DNA from: Bdellovibrionales bacterium
GTDB taxonomy: Bacteria > Bdellovibrionota > Bdellovibrionia > Bdellovibrionales > JAGQZY01
Direction: 5' to 3'
DNA: 64,000 nucleotides
Assembly (NCBI GenBank): GCA_965218815.1
Contig: CBDCLX010000002.1
Span: 2,918,176-2,982,175 of the forward strand
In this document: positions 37,884-47,283 of the stretch, piece by piece
Position numbering within the stretch: position 1 is the stretch's first letter
How the letters are laid out: each line of letters opens with the position of its first letter
Made by a program: the position numbers and the translations under genes
The notes under the pieces: generated by a model
The model's database searches: none
The model's input: the letters and a program-made list of their open reading frames with translations, nothing else
What the model was told of the DNA's origin: nothing

Positions 37884-38085
37884 GATCAGACAGAGTATTT
37901 CCAACATTTGTATCAATAGAGAGTAATGTTTTAAAATCAGTGACAATAATAAATCGAGGTTTCTGTTTTTTTATTTTTGGATCATTTTTAATTTTGTCAA
38001 TCAGACCATAAAGATCATCTTGACATTCCACTTTGAAAAATATTTTATTTTTCCAAACTATCTCTCCGGAATTTTTGGAAAGATT
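37852..38085 (-). pseudogene. Possible N-terminal remnant of an MmeI-like (type IIL) enzyme
   Basis: PRFIIVTDFKTLLSIDTNVGNTLSDLKNL resembles the conserved PRYI.VSDF..F.L.D segment near MmeI-family N-termini, as I recall it. It is truncated on both sides. Confidence 0.3.
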
Positions 38086-40063
38086 GTGTATAAGCAGGAT
38101 AAAAGATATTTTATCAGAGATCAAGATGTATTCCCACCCCGTTTTCCATGTTTTTTCTGATCTTTTTGCTTTACGAATTCCATTTTGTGTTCATTTGAAT
38201 GGGGTTTTTCTTGAGAACTTATGATTCCAAACCTGATTTGGTTGGAAAAGTGAATTTTTGAATAAGGGAATCCATCACAGAAAACCCGGGTTCTCCGTCA
38301 GAGTTCTCCAATGAAGAAGATTCATGAGAAATGGAAAACCTCCTCCTCTTCCGGTGGCCCCCTTGGAGAACAGGGCTCTGGAATTCCTGACTCCAGTCCC
38401 AAGTGGGTGAGAATCTTTTTGATGACTTCAGGTCCCTCTATGGAAGAGATGACTTTGAGTTTCCCCCCACACTCCGAACAAACCTCAATGTCCATTCCAA
38501 AAACCCTTTTAAGTCTCCCGGCCCAGTTCATGGAAGAGGATTTTCCGGACTTTGTTGCTTGTTTTTCAGGGCTTTTTGTTTTTGGAGTGATAAGACGATG
38601 GTGTTTGAAATTCGGGGCAAAGATTCCATGAAACCTTATGAGGTTGGTTTTTGGTCTTGGAACAAGGGAAGCCAGTCGTGAGAGAAAGTCCAGAGGATCA
38701 AGGACAATCCGGGTGGTTCCATTCTCATAAGGGGTTTTTAACTGATAAATCACCTTTCCCTGAGAGTTTACTGAAAGCCTTTGTTCACTCAGACTTGGTC
38801 TTGAAATGTAACGACAAATCCTTTCAGGCTTTTCCCTCTGGTGGACTTTTGTAGAAACCCCGGCGTGGAGACTAAAGCCTGAGTGTTTTGACAGAAAAGG
38901 CTTCTCCCTGTTGTTTGTTTCAGGAAGAGTTTTCAGTGTCAGGGCCTTTTGACCTTTGTGTTTTCCAAGGGCTATTCGGTAAGTAATCGATGAGGATTGG
39001 ACCTGGTCCATGGCCGTGGGGCCTGAGTCCAGTGAAAGAAAGGCTGTTCCCCCATCCTTTTCAATGAATCCCCGTTTTTCCAAAAATCTGACCACTCTTT
39101 GAACAAGACTTTTAAGGAGTTTGTCGAGTTCCTGGTTTGAAGGGGGAGTTGTCAATTGAAACTTTGGTCTTCCGTCTTCAAAGCTGTAGACTCCATCGGG
39201 AAACATCATGTGGAAGTGGATATTGAGGTTAAGGCTTCCACCGAAGCGTTGAATGAAAGTCACTGAACCTGTTCTGGCTCCTGACTTTTTAGTGAAACCC
39301 GCTTTTTTGATGAGAAAGGTGCAAAGAGTTCTGTTGACAAGACCCAAAACCTCTCCCATGACTTTGTGGTCTCTGGCAAACAGGAATCTGAGTTGAAAGG
39401 GAAAAGTCAAAACCCACTGTCTCATGGGTTTTTCGGGAAAAACCTCATCAACCAAATGGGTGGCACTTTCAGCCATTCTCCTGGCTCCGCAACTGGGACA
39501 GAATCCCCGTTTTTTGCAACTAAAGGCGACAAGCTTTTCATGGTTGCAGGATGTGCATTGGACTCTTAGAAACCCATGGGCCAGAACTCCACATTTGAGA
39601 AACTCGTCAAATTCCTGTTTCACGAATTCCGGAAGTCCTTTTTCATAATCCCGGTCCATTTGTTGATAGAAGTCCAGAAGATTTTTCTGGATGAGTTTGT
39701 AGAGAAGAGTTTTTTCCGGTTGGTGTCGTTTATAACTGACGGGGGGATTGGAAAAAGCAAATCTATTTGCAAATGAACATTTCATCACAGGAAACATAAA
39801 GGGAGCAAATCAAATAACCATTCCCGTATGCAGTAATCAGTAGTTCAACCACGGTAGACCACCAGATTCAGTGTTTAGTCGTTATAATCAATCTCTGGGA
39901 CAGTGTTTGCGGTTATCGGGAATACTGTTGGACCTGGCGTAGTTGTCGTAATGTTCACAGATGTTCTGAAACAGGGATGTTTGTGAACTGCCAAACTCAG
40001 GACTGTTTGCAATTCTGCGTCTGAGATTTCTTCGAAAATTCTCCCTCAGCCGAAAGAGGCAGA
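38086..40063 (-). mobile_element. IS91-family element, apparently intact copy B (the end upstream of tnpA is not determinable)
   Basis: Contains the complete tnpA. The end starting GTGTATAAGCAGG at 38086 is shared with four other copies. The other boundary is set only by where unrelated fragments begin (40064). Confidence 0.7.
38322..39797 (-). CDS. tnpA: IS91-family (Y2/HUH rolling-circle) transposase
   Basis: N-terminal zinc-binding domain (CTSCNHEKLVAFSCKKRGFCPSCG), a core typical of the IS91/IS801 family, and a C-terminal CSECGG zinc ribbon. Confidence 0.92.
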   Translation of the reverse strand: MFPVMKCSFANRFAFSNPPVSYKRHQPEKTLLYKLIQKNLLDFYQQMDRDYEKGLPEFVKQEFDEFLKCGVLAHGFLRVQCTSCNHEKLVAFSCKKRGFCPSCGARRMAESATHLVDEVFPEKPMRQWVLTFPFQLRFLFARDHKVMGEVLGLVNRTLCTFLIKKAGFTKKSGARTGSVTFIQRFGGSLNLNIHFHMMFPDGVYSFEDGRPKFQLTTPPSNQELDKLLKSLVQRVVRFLEKRGFIEKDGGTAFLSLDSGPTAMDQVQSSSITYRIALGKHKGQKALTLKTLPETNNREKPFLSKHSGFSLHAGVSTKVHQREKPERICRYISRPSLSEQRLSVNSQGKVIYQLKTPYENGTTRIVLDPLDFLSRLASLVPRPKTNLIRFHGIFAPNFKHHRLITPKTKSPEKQATKSGKSSSMNWAGRLKRVFGMDIEVCSECGGKLKVISSIEGPEVIKKILTHLGLESGIPEPCSPRGPPEEEEVFHFS

Positions 40064-40475
40064 AATGAAGGTCACAGAACCTGTTCTGGCTCCTGACTTT
40101 TTAGTGAAACCAAAAGTCCACTATGTAAATCATTGGAAAGAGTCATACTCAAAAATTTATCCCACAACTCAAAGTGTTATTGAATTTGTCAAATCTGAGT
40201 TTGGAGTCCAATACACTGTGAGTGGTATAACAAGTCTTCTTCACAAACTGGAGTTTTCCTATAAAAAGCCTAAAGGAGTTCCCTGCAAGGCTGATCCAGA
40301 AAAACAACAGGAGTTTATTAACCGATACAACGGGGTGAAAGCTCATGGTCTGGTGTATTTTGGAGATTCCACTCATCCCACAATGAATCCTGTTTTGTCA
40401 TCAGGTTGGTTGAGAAAGGACAGGGATTTCGAGGTAAAAACAGGTTCAGTAGGAAAGAGATCATGCTTTTTATGA
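40064..40475 (+). pseudogene. 48-bp IS91 internal fragment fused to an IS630-family transposase fragment
   Basis: 40064-40111 repeats 39252-39299 with 2 mismatches. From 40112 the ORF reads an IS630-like middle part (SGITSLLHKLEFSYKKPKGVPCKADPEKQQEFI...VYFGDSTHP) with no proper N- or C-terminus. Confidence 0.7.
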
Positions 40476-40647
40476 GAGGAATCAGGAAATACAAACAGGA
40501 GCTTTCAACTTATTTTTCTACATTATTTCTTATCCATACTTTTGACCTCCTTTTTTTGATTTTTACTTTTCATTTCTTTACCTCCCTTCTTAACTGTTGC
40601 CCTCCTGCCCCGAATTTTAATTTTCTTTTAGAGTGGTGATCACTGTC

Positions 40648-41019
40648 TCATGGTAGTGAGGGAGTGATCACCATTCGTGAAGAAAAAAAATGTTTGTCTC
40701 CACTAATGATGACATCCACTCCTCCCTCTAAAGCACAGGCCAGGAATTTGTCATCATCAGGGTCTTTACAAACAGGTTGAGGCAATTCTACAGACGCACA
40801 AAACTCACTGTGAAAGAAAAGAAGGTCTAAAATCGAGGTTACATCAACTAAAGGAAATTTGTTTTGCAACTCATAACCAACCCGTTTGTACTCTTCAAAG
40901 ATTTCAGTTGATAATACAATCTGAAGTTTCCCATTGGCCCATAAATCCATGATTTTGGATGGAGAACCTGACCAGAAAATACCGGAGATAAAAACATTTG
41001 TGTCAACAATCACTCTCAT
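40648..41019 (-). CDS. PIN-domain toxin (PIN_3/TIGR00305-like)
   Basis: MRVIVDTNVFISG...DPDDDKFLACA...VIISGDKHF carries the acidic PIN quartet pattern. Confidence 0.85.
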   Translation of the reverse strand: MRVIVDTNVFISGIFWSGSPSKIMDLWANGKLQIVLSTEIFEEYKRVGYELQNKFPLVDVTSILDLLFFHSEFCASVELPQPVCKDPDDDKFLACALEGGVDVIISGDKHFFSSRMVITPSLP

Positions 41020-41280
41020 TTATGTTTTTCTTGCTTTTTTGATGGCTTCACGAATGTTTGATTTCTTCAATCCAACCTTTTTGGCCTGCTTCCTGGCTTT
41101 TGTTCTCAGTTTGGAGAATTCTTTTAAGGAAGGGGCCTGAACAGACTTTAAAATAACAGTGTCTGTTTCACCAAGAACAATAAACCGGGTTCCAGGAACC
41201 AGATTGAGTTGATCCCTGATGGATTCAGGGATGACCACCTGCCCTTTGGATGACATTTTTGTTGTTGCCAGTGGATTCAT
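41020..41280 (-). CDS. AbrB/SpoVT-MazE family antitoxin
   Basis: SSKGQVVIPESIRDQLNLVPGTRFIV is a looped-hinge-helix motif. Its stop abuts the PIN gene start. Confidence 0.85.
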   Translation of the reverse strand: MNPLATTKMSSKGQVVIPESIRDQLNLVPGTRFIVLGETDTVILKSVQAPSLKEFSKLRTKARKQAKKVGLKKSNIREAIKKARKT

Positions 41281-41296
41281 AATATTCCTCCTAATC

Positions 41297-41603
41297 TTAC
41301 TGGTAAGATAATACCACAGAGCTTTTACAAAAACAATCCAGAGATAAAACCTTTATTTTATAGATGCTGCTAGCTTGAATTTCAAAAAATCCAGTTTCCT
41401 GAGACGACGATCCGTCTCTTTCATCTGACGATCTGTCTCCTTCTGACTGGCAGACTGAGGTTCCGCAGCAAGGATCTTGATCGCTCACCCGTTTCAGCCG
41501 AAAGGGTCTTGATCTGCTTGCCTGTCTCCGCCTGACTGGTCGAAACTTCCCTCAAAATACTCCAGATTTCATCGGGTGTTGGAATGGATGGTTGATTGGT
41601 CAT
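41297..41603 (-). pseudogene. Tandemly duplicated, frameshifted 5' fragment of the DUF3782-like gene
   Basis: 41385-41603 repeats 42035-42250 (MTNQPSIPTPDEIWSILREVSTSQ... versus MTSQPSIPTPDEIWSILREVSTSQ...). An indel breaks the frame. Confidence 0.65.
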
Positions 41604-41614
41604 TTCAGACTCCT

Positions 41615-42250
41615 TCAGGCAAAGGCTTTGGGTTTGAAGTTTTTTGCGTTAATGATGGAGGCACTGCTTCCCGTGGCACGGATTACAAACAAACCTCTGT
41701 TCTCTGAGTTTCCCTCTGTTCCCTCATTGGCTTTCAGGTAGGCTACAGCCCCGTAAACAGTCCTGTCCCTATACTCCGGCAAAATCTGTTTGAACACTTT
41801 AAGTTTTTCTGTGAACTTTTCCAGGTCCTTGAGTTTTAAAGTGGTCTTGACCTCCACCACCACAACCTCATCCCCATTGATGGCAATAATGTCAAATTCA
41901 TACTGTTTTCCATTCCACCGACGTTCATGTTCTTTCGCAATTCCGTTGACCTGAATGCCACGGGTATTGAGCAATTCGACCAAATCCCCTTTGACCAGAG
42001 CTTCCATAAGTTTGCCCCACTGTCCGGTAAAAAGATCATCCAGTTTCCTGAGACGACGATCCGTCTCTTTCATCTGACGATCTGTCTCTTTCTGACTGGC
42101 AGACAGTTCTGCAGCAAGGGTCTTGATCTGCTCACCCGTTTCAGCCGAAAGGGTCTTGATCTGCTTGCCTGTCTCCTTCTGACTGGTCGAAACTTCCCTT
42201 AAAATACTCCAGATTTCATCGGGTGTTGGAATGGATGGTTGACTGGTCAT
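41615..42250 (-). CDS. DUF3782-like protein: N-terminal coiled coil plus C-terminal PD-(D/E)xK-like domain
   Basis: Repetitive N-terminus (ETGKQIKTLSAETGEQIKTLAAE...KETDRQMKETDRRL). C-terminal EFDIIAINGDEVVVVEVKTTL fits a D...E.K nuclease-fold motif. Confidence 0.65.
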   Translation of the reverse strand: MTSQPSIPTPDEIWSILREVSTSQKETGKQIKTLSAETGEQIKTLAAELSASQKETDRQMKETDRRLRKLDDLFTGQWGKLMEALVKGDLVELLNTRGIQVNGIAKEHERRWNGKQYEFDIIAINGDEVVVVEVKTTLKLKDLEKFTEKLKVFKQILPEYRDRTVYGAVAYLKANEGTEGNSENRGLFVIRATGSSASIINAKNFKPKAFA

Positions 42251-42522
42251 GTGTACTCCTTTTGTTCCACAATAACATGGTCTGCCTTTTTAAAAAACCC
42301 AGTCTTTATCCAGGATAAGAATTTTTTAAACTGGATGACAGAACTTTATCAATCCTGATTTTCAGTGGTTTCCTGTGAGAACCAGAACCGGATGACTACC
42401 AATGGGAGCAAGGATGGGACTATGGTTAAAAGCTTCTATTTTGAAGAAGACAGATTTTTGTCCGAAAAGAGGGAGGGATTATCAGATAGGGTGGAGACAG
42501 TGGTTCCTTTGAACTGTCTGTT

Positions 42523-43317
42523 TTATTTTTCTTTGAAGTGTTTTAACAGATCCAGAAGAGAAGAGGATTCCCGGATTTTTTTTGTAAAAAAGTCTCTTTG
42601 GCTGTCTGTTATCAGTTTTTGTTTATGCCATGTTTCAAGCCCGTTGAGGGCCTTTTTGGCATGGCCCTCAAAAACAATTTGCTGGATAAGAAGAGGAATA
42701 ACATCCAGAGCCTTGTTCTTGTCAAGGGATTCCACCCGGGCTGAAGCCTTGTTTACAAAATCCATATCCGGCGGAATCCAGGCGTTTTGTCGCAGACGGT
42801 GATAGGCCGACAATGCCTCTTTTAAGTCAGTGGAGCTTTTTTGTTTTTCAACCAGATCCCGGTATTGTTTTTTTTTGGTTCTTACAAATCGGCAGGGGAA
42901 AGAACTCACAGCCCTGGAGTCACAATCCTTCACATCTTCTTTTAAGCTGTCGGCAAGGAGGACTTTGACCCCGGGGATTTTCAGCCACCTGAGAAACTCG
43001 ATATCCACATTTTTTATAGGGTCAACTCTCCACCCTTTGTAAAAATCAAGACCTGCCAGAAAATGAAGCCTGGGGGTGTCCAAAGTGTGTTGTCTCCCTG
43101 TGACTTTCATGGCGGCCAGCTGGACAAGTTTTTTATCCATGATCTGAAACAGGGGGAGTTCTTCCGGTTGATAGCCAAGTTTTGAAAAAAGTTCCATCAC
43201 TGAAGGGTTGTTAAGCCTGGAATTTAAAGGTTCCACAGGAAGTTCTGAAGGGGAGGCCAAAAGACCAAAGTCACCTCCTCCAATAGTGTAGATCCGATAA
43301 TCCTTAAAATTGTTCAC
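42523..43317 (-). CDS. Hypothetical protein (264 aa)
   Basis: Long ORF with ordinary composition. No motif recognised. Confidence 0.5.
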   Translation of the reverse strand: MNNFKDYRIYTIGGGDFGLLASPSELPVEPLNSRLNNPSVMELFSKLGYQPEELPLFQIMDKKLVQLAAMKVTGRQHTLDTPRLHFLAGLDFYKGWRVDPIKNVDIEFLRWLKIPGVKVLLADSLKEDVKDCDSRAVSSFPCRFVRTKKKQYRDLVEKQKSSTDLKEALSAYHRLRQNAWIPPDMDFVNKASARVESLDKNKALDVIPLLIQQIVFEGHAKKALNGLETWHKQKLITDSQRDFFTKKIRESSSLLDLLKHFKEK

Positions 43318-43544
43318 CAGGTTTAGAAGAAGAAGACATGATGTACAGAATAAAGCACAATGTCAAATCCGGCATCTCACTTGTTTTCATCTTACACAAG
43401 AGGATTTGGAAAATGACACTTGTTTTTTTGTGGTTTTTTGAATATTTTGAAGGTTGAGTGTAATGAGTATGAAGGAAAAGGAATAAGACAGGCAAGTGCC
43501 AGGATAGCCAAAGTGGAAACAGTTACAAAAAATGTAAAATCAAA

Positions 43545-44534
43545 ATGAATATTCTTGTCACTGGTGGTGCCGGTTTTATTGGTTCCCAAATAGTCCGCCA
43601 ACTCATCCGATCCGGTTATCAACCCATTGTCATTGATGACCTTTCAAATGGTCATAAAAAATCTGTTCCCAAAGAAGTTCCTTTACACATAGCCAATGTG
43701 GGGGACTCCCTGTTTTTGAAAAATCTTTTTGGAAACCATAAAATTGAAGCTGTCATACACTGTGCAGCCTTTGTTAATGTGAATGAATCAGTGAAGCATC
43801 CATCCAAATACCACCAAAACAATGTGAACCACTCCATGACTCTGTTAAGAGCCTGTGAAGCTGCACATATCAGGTCTTTTATTTTCTCCTCTTCTGCCGC
43901 TGTTTATGGAGAACCGGAAAAAATCCCAGTCAGGGAAACAGCCCCAACTCTCCCCATAAACCCCTATGGTGAAACCAAGCTTGTCTTTGAAAAAATGCTG
44001 CATGATTCATGTGCCGCACCCTCTTCAAAAATGAAATACATTGTCTTAAGGTACTTCAATGTAGCCGGTGCAGACACAAAAGGTGAGGTGGGTCAGTCCA
44101 ACCAAAAGGCCTCCCATCTTATCCATATAGCCTGCCAGGCAGCCTCTGGTCGTAGAGATCATATTAAAATATACGGCACTGATTATCCAACTCCTGACGG
44201 GACCTGTGTCAGAGACTTCATACATATTGAGGACCTGGCAATAGCCCATGTTCAGGCTATTGAATACCTGCACAATGGAGGAGCCTCTGAGATATTTAAT
44301 TGTGGATATGGTGACGGATTTTCCGTGAAAGAGGTTCTGAAAACAATGAAACAAATCAGTCATGTAAATTTTAAAATCATGGAATCAGAACGTCGCCCGG
44401 GTGATCCTGCTCAGTTGATTGCCCACTCCGGAAAAATTCAAAAAATCCTGGGATGGTCTCCCAAGTTCAATGATTTATCCTTAATCTGTGAAACAGCTCT
44501 CAAGTGGGAACACAAACTTCAAAGTGAAATTTAA
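43545..44534 (+). CDS. galE: UDP-glucose 4-epimerase
   Basis: MNILVTGGAGFIGS Rossmann motif, YGETK catalytic Y..K, overall GalE colinearity. Confidence 0.92.
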   Translation: MNILVTGGAGFIGSQIVRQLIRSGYQPIVIDDLSNGHKKSVPKEVPLHIANVGDSLFLKNLFGNHKIEAVIHCAAFVNVNESVKHPSKYHQNNVNHSMTLLRACEAAHIRSFIFSSSAAVYGEPEKIPVRETAPTLPINPYGETKLVFEKMLHDSCAAPSSKMKYIVLRYFNVAGADTKGEVGQSNQKASHLIHIACQAASGRRDHIKIYGTDYPTPDGTCVRDFIHIEDLAIAHVQAIEYLHNGGASEIFNCGYGDGFSVKEVLKTMKQISHVNFKIMESERRPGDPAQLIAHSGKIQKILGWSPKFNDLSLICETALKWEHKLQSEI

Positions 44535-44542
44535 GGAAATGT

Positions 44543-44558
44543 GTCTAGCCCGCATTTC
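44543..44558 (-). repeat. Copy of the GAAATGCGGGCTAGAC dispersed motif between convergent genes
   Basis: The reverse complement of gtctagcccgcatttc is gaaatgcgggctagac. It is related to 8401-8412, 8500-8511 and the 4373-4452 arms (gaagttcggtctagac). Confidence 0.5.
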
Positions 44559-44766
44559 AAGTTAGAGCTTGATGAGACTCTTTCTTTTCACTCCCTTTAT
44601 TTGTTTTTTTGTTTTGAGGGGTTTTTAGATCTTCATAAAAGACTGTATATCTTCTCGTTTTCATCTCTGCGGGCCACCCATCCACTTCTTTCGCTACTTT
44701 GGAAAGATAAGTGATGTAATCTTTTCCATCTTCTGGCGACTCAGGATTTGCCTTTTTTTTCTTCAT
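44557..44766 (-). CDS. Small Lys-rich protein (69 aa) translationally abutted to the deaminase gene
   Basis: The ATG at 44766 directly follows the deaminase stop codon (44767-44769). No family recognised. Confidence 0.5.
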   Translation of the reverse strand: MKKKKANPESPEDGKDYITYLSKVAKEVDGWPAEMKTRRYTVFYEDLKTPQNKKTNKGSEKKESHQALT

Positions 44767-46236
44767 TTAGTCCTCCTTTTCTTTCAAGTATTTATGAACA
44801 ACTTTGGCTGCTATTTTTTCTTCACCTATGTACTTATTAGATTTTTCGCTCAACCTCAAGCTTATAGATTTTTTCTTAGGCTCAAAATCAATAATATGCC
44901 CATTTTCTTTCCTCTCAACTTCTCTACCTGAACTCAATTTGAGAGAAAACAGGTCAAAATAGCGTCGTGGCCCAACACCTAAAAATGGAAGAAATGAAAC
45001 CCTGGTCTCATTCTCCTTATCAAGGCTAATTGAATCTTTGTGAAGTTCTTCTGTTAAACTCTTTGGATAAGGCTCAACGTATACCACTTTCATGATACCC
45101 GCAGCAACTATATGCTTTGCACAATTGTGACATGAATATGTCGTTGTATAAAGTGTGCCACCTCTAACAGAAGTACCGACTCTGGCAGCAGCTAAAAGAG
45201 CTTCCATTTCTGCATGAACGGCTCTGCCATATTCTGTGATATCTCTAATCTCACTTTTTTCAAGCTCAACTTCTAATATATTCATCTGCTCCTCAGTAAA
45301 CTGACCATTTTGGTTACACTGAACAGCGTTAAGAATGTTTTTCATTATACTATTTCTGCGTTTTTCATTAGAGTCATATTTCTTTTGGAAATCTCTTGCG
45401 TCAGGTTTATCTTCATTATTATATAATCCACCCTTGGCTTTCGGAACATCATTTGCCCCCTGAGCAATGATATCACCTTCTTTACTAACAATAACTGCAC
45501 CAACTTGTCGTGACAAATCCGATGATCGTAAAGATGCCGCATAAGCCTGAAACATATTGTGTTCTTCAGGGTTTGGAGTGTGATAGGGGAATCCAAACAG
45601 AAGTTCTATAAACCTTTTGGATTGCCTGACCATGGTGTCACGATCGCTGCCATCTATGAAAACATCCGATAACTGGTATGATTTTCTCAATTTTTGTCCA
45701 TGAGGAAAAGTTTCCTCTTGATCTCTTAAAATTAATTCTTTTGCTTTATCTTCTGGAATGTTTTTAACTCCCATCAAATTTGAAATTCTCTTCTCTATAG
45801 TGCTATGTAAACCAACGAGATAAAAACTTCCACCATAGACTTGTCTCAAAAGTTTTATTTCTTCATGATGTTTGAGTGAATTAAAAATGTATGCTCTTCG
45901 TCCATCTTGGGAACTTTTTTTATGAAGCTTAGATATTTTTGCCATTGCGTTCCTAACTAAAATATCATTGTTTCCAGACTCTTTTCTAATTTTATTACCA
46001 GCATCCATATATGAACTAATGCGATCAAATTCTGAATTATAGTTAGAAGAAGATTTTATTTCTTTAAAAACAGTTGATAAAATCTCTGTTAACTTGATTA
46101 TCTCAGTACTATAATTATATTCTGATAACTGGCTGGAAATCACTGTTGAGAGCTCTTGGAGATCACTGCCAACGGCACCAACCAATCCAAGAAAAAGATC
46201 TTCAAAGTTGTCTGTATTTGCTGATTCCATCGACAT
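44767..46236 (-). CDS. Anti-phage-type dCTP deaminase (AvcD/DcdV-like): kinase-like N-domain plus cytidine/dCMP deaminase domain
   Basis: N-terminal degenerate P-loop FLGLVGAVGSD. C-terminal zinc motifs HAEMEAL (about 45203-45220) and YSCHNCAKHI. Length and layout match the defensive dCTP deaminases. Confidence 0.82.
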   Translation of the reverse strand: MSMESANTDNFEDLFLGLVGAVGSDLQELSTVISSQLSEYNYSTEIIKLTEILSTVFKEIKSSSNYNSEFDRISSYMDAGNKIRKESGNNDILVRNAMAKISKLHKKSSQDGRRAYIFNSLKHHEEIKLLRQVYGGSFYLVGLHSTIEKRISNLMGVKNIPEDKAKELILRDQEETFPHGQKLRKSYQLSDVFIDGSDRDTMVRQSKRFIELLFGFPYHTPNPEEHNMFQAYAASLRSSDLSRQVGAVIVSKEGDIIAQGANDVPKAKGGLYNNEDKPDARDFQKKYDSNEKRRNSIMKNILNAVQCNQNGQFTEEQMNILEVELEKSEIRDITEYGRAVHAEMEALLAAARVGTSVRGGTLYTTTYSCHNCAKHIVAAGIMKVVYVEPYPKSLTEELHKDSISLDKENETRVSFLPFLGVGPRRYFDLFSLKLSSGREVERKENGHIIDFEPKKKSISLRLSEKSNKYIGEEKIAAKVVHKYLKEKED

Positions 46237-46367
46237 CTATTTTATCTAATGCAATAAATAAATCAGTAACTAAAGTTAGGTAAAAGAAAAAATATCTGGT
46301 GGTTCCAGACCAAAAGCTAGTAAGTATAGAGAAACCCCTTAAAAAATCAAATACGAATAGCCATTTT

Positions 46368-47079
46368 GTGTATAAGCAGGATAAAAGATATTTTATCAGA
46401 GATCAAGATGTATTCCCACCCCGTTTTCCATGTTTTTTCTGATCTTTTTGCTTTACGAATTCCATTTTGTGTTCATTTGAATGGGGTTTTTCTTGAGAAC
46501 TTATGATTCCAAACCTGATTTGATTGGAAAAGTGAATTTTTGAATAAGGGAATCCATCACAGAAAACCCGGGTTCTCCGTCAGAGTTCTTCAATGAACAA
46601 GATTCATGAGAAATGGAAAACCTCCTCCTCTTCCGGTGGCCCCCTTGGAGAACAGGGCTCTGGAATTCCTGACTCCAGTCCCAAGTGGTTGAGAATCTTT
46701 TTGATGACTTCAGGTCCCTCTATGGAAGAGATGACTTTGAGTTTCCCCCCACACTCCGAACAAACCTCAATGTCCATTCCAAAAACCCTTTTAAGTCTCC
46801 TGGCCCAGTTCATGGAAGAGGATTTTCCGGACTTTGTTGCTTGTTTTTCAGGGCTTTTTGTTTTTGGAGTGATTAGAGAGCGGTGTTTGAAATTTGGGGC
46901 AAAGATTCCATGAAACCTTATGAGGTTGGTTTTTGGTCTTGGAACAAGGGAAGCCAGTCGTGAGAGAAAGTCCAGAGGATCAAGGACAATCCGGGTGGTT
47001 CCATTCTCATAAGGGGTTTTTAACTGATAAATCACCTTTCCCTGAGAGTTTACTGAAAGCCTTTGTTCACTCAGACTTG
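46368..47079 (-). mobile_element. IS91-family remnant C (end downstream of tnpA plus the last ~143 codons of tnpA)
   Basis: Colinear with 38086-38800 of copy B. Homology ends at ...cactcagacttg (47079). Confidence 0.85.
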
Positions 47080-47283
47080 CTATCTAATTTATGTGTGGGT
47101 TATGCAGAGTATTCAATTGATAATCCTCCTGGCGATAGGGGTATTATCATTGGTGTTCCAAGTGAACCGGCACCTCACGACACTAATAGTACTCCTCCAA
47201 TGGAACCAGGGAACTTTTAAAAGCAAACAAAGAGTGACATCCAGCCCATGAAAAGAAGGGCTGGATGAGACTTTTTCTGGACG

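Noticed and set aside
42365-42802. 145-aa plus-strand ORF
   Set aside because: It is largely antisense to the longer and more protein-like 42523-43317 ORF. It has a Ser/Arg/Cys/Phe-rich shadow-like composition.
43545-44534. galE as evidence that 42.5-44.5 kb is core chromosome rather than island
   Set aside because: It cannot be decided from this window. galE is flanked on both sides by mobile or defence genes and could equally be cargo, so it is left unassigned.
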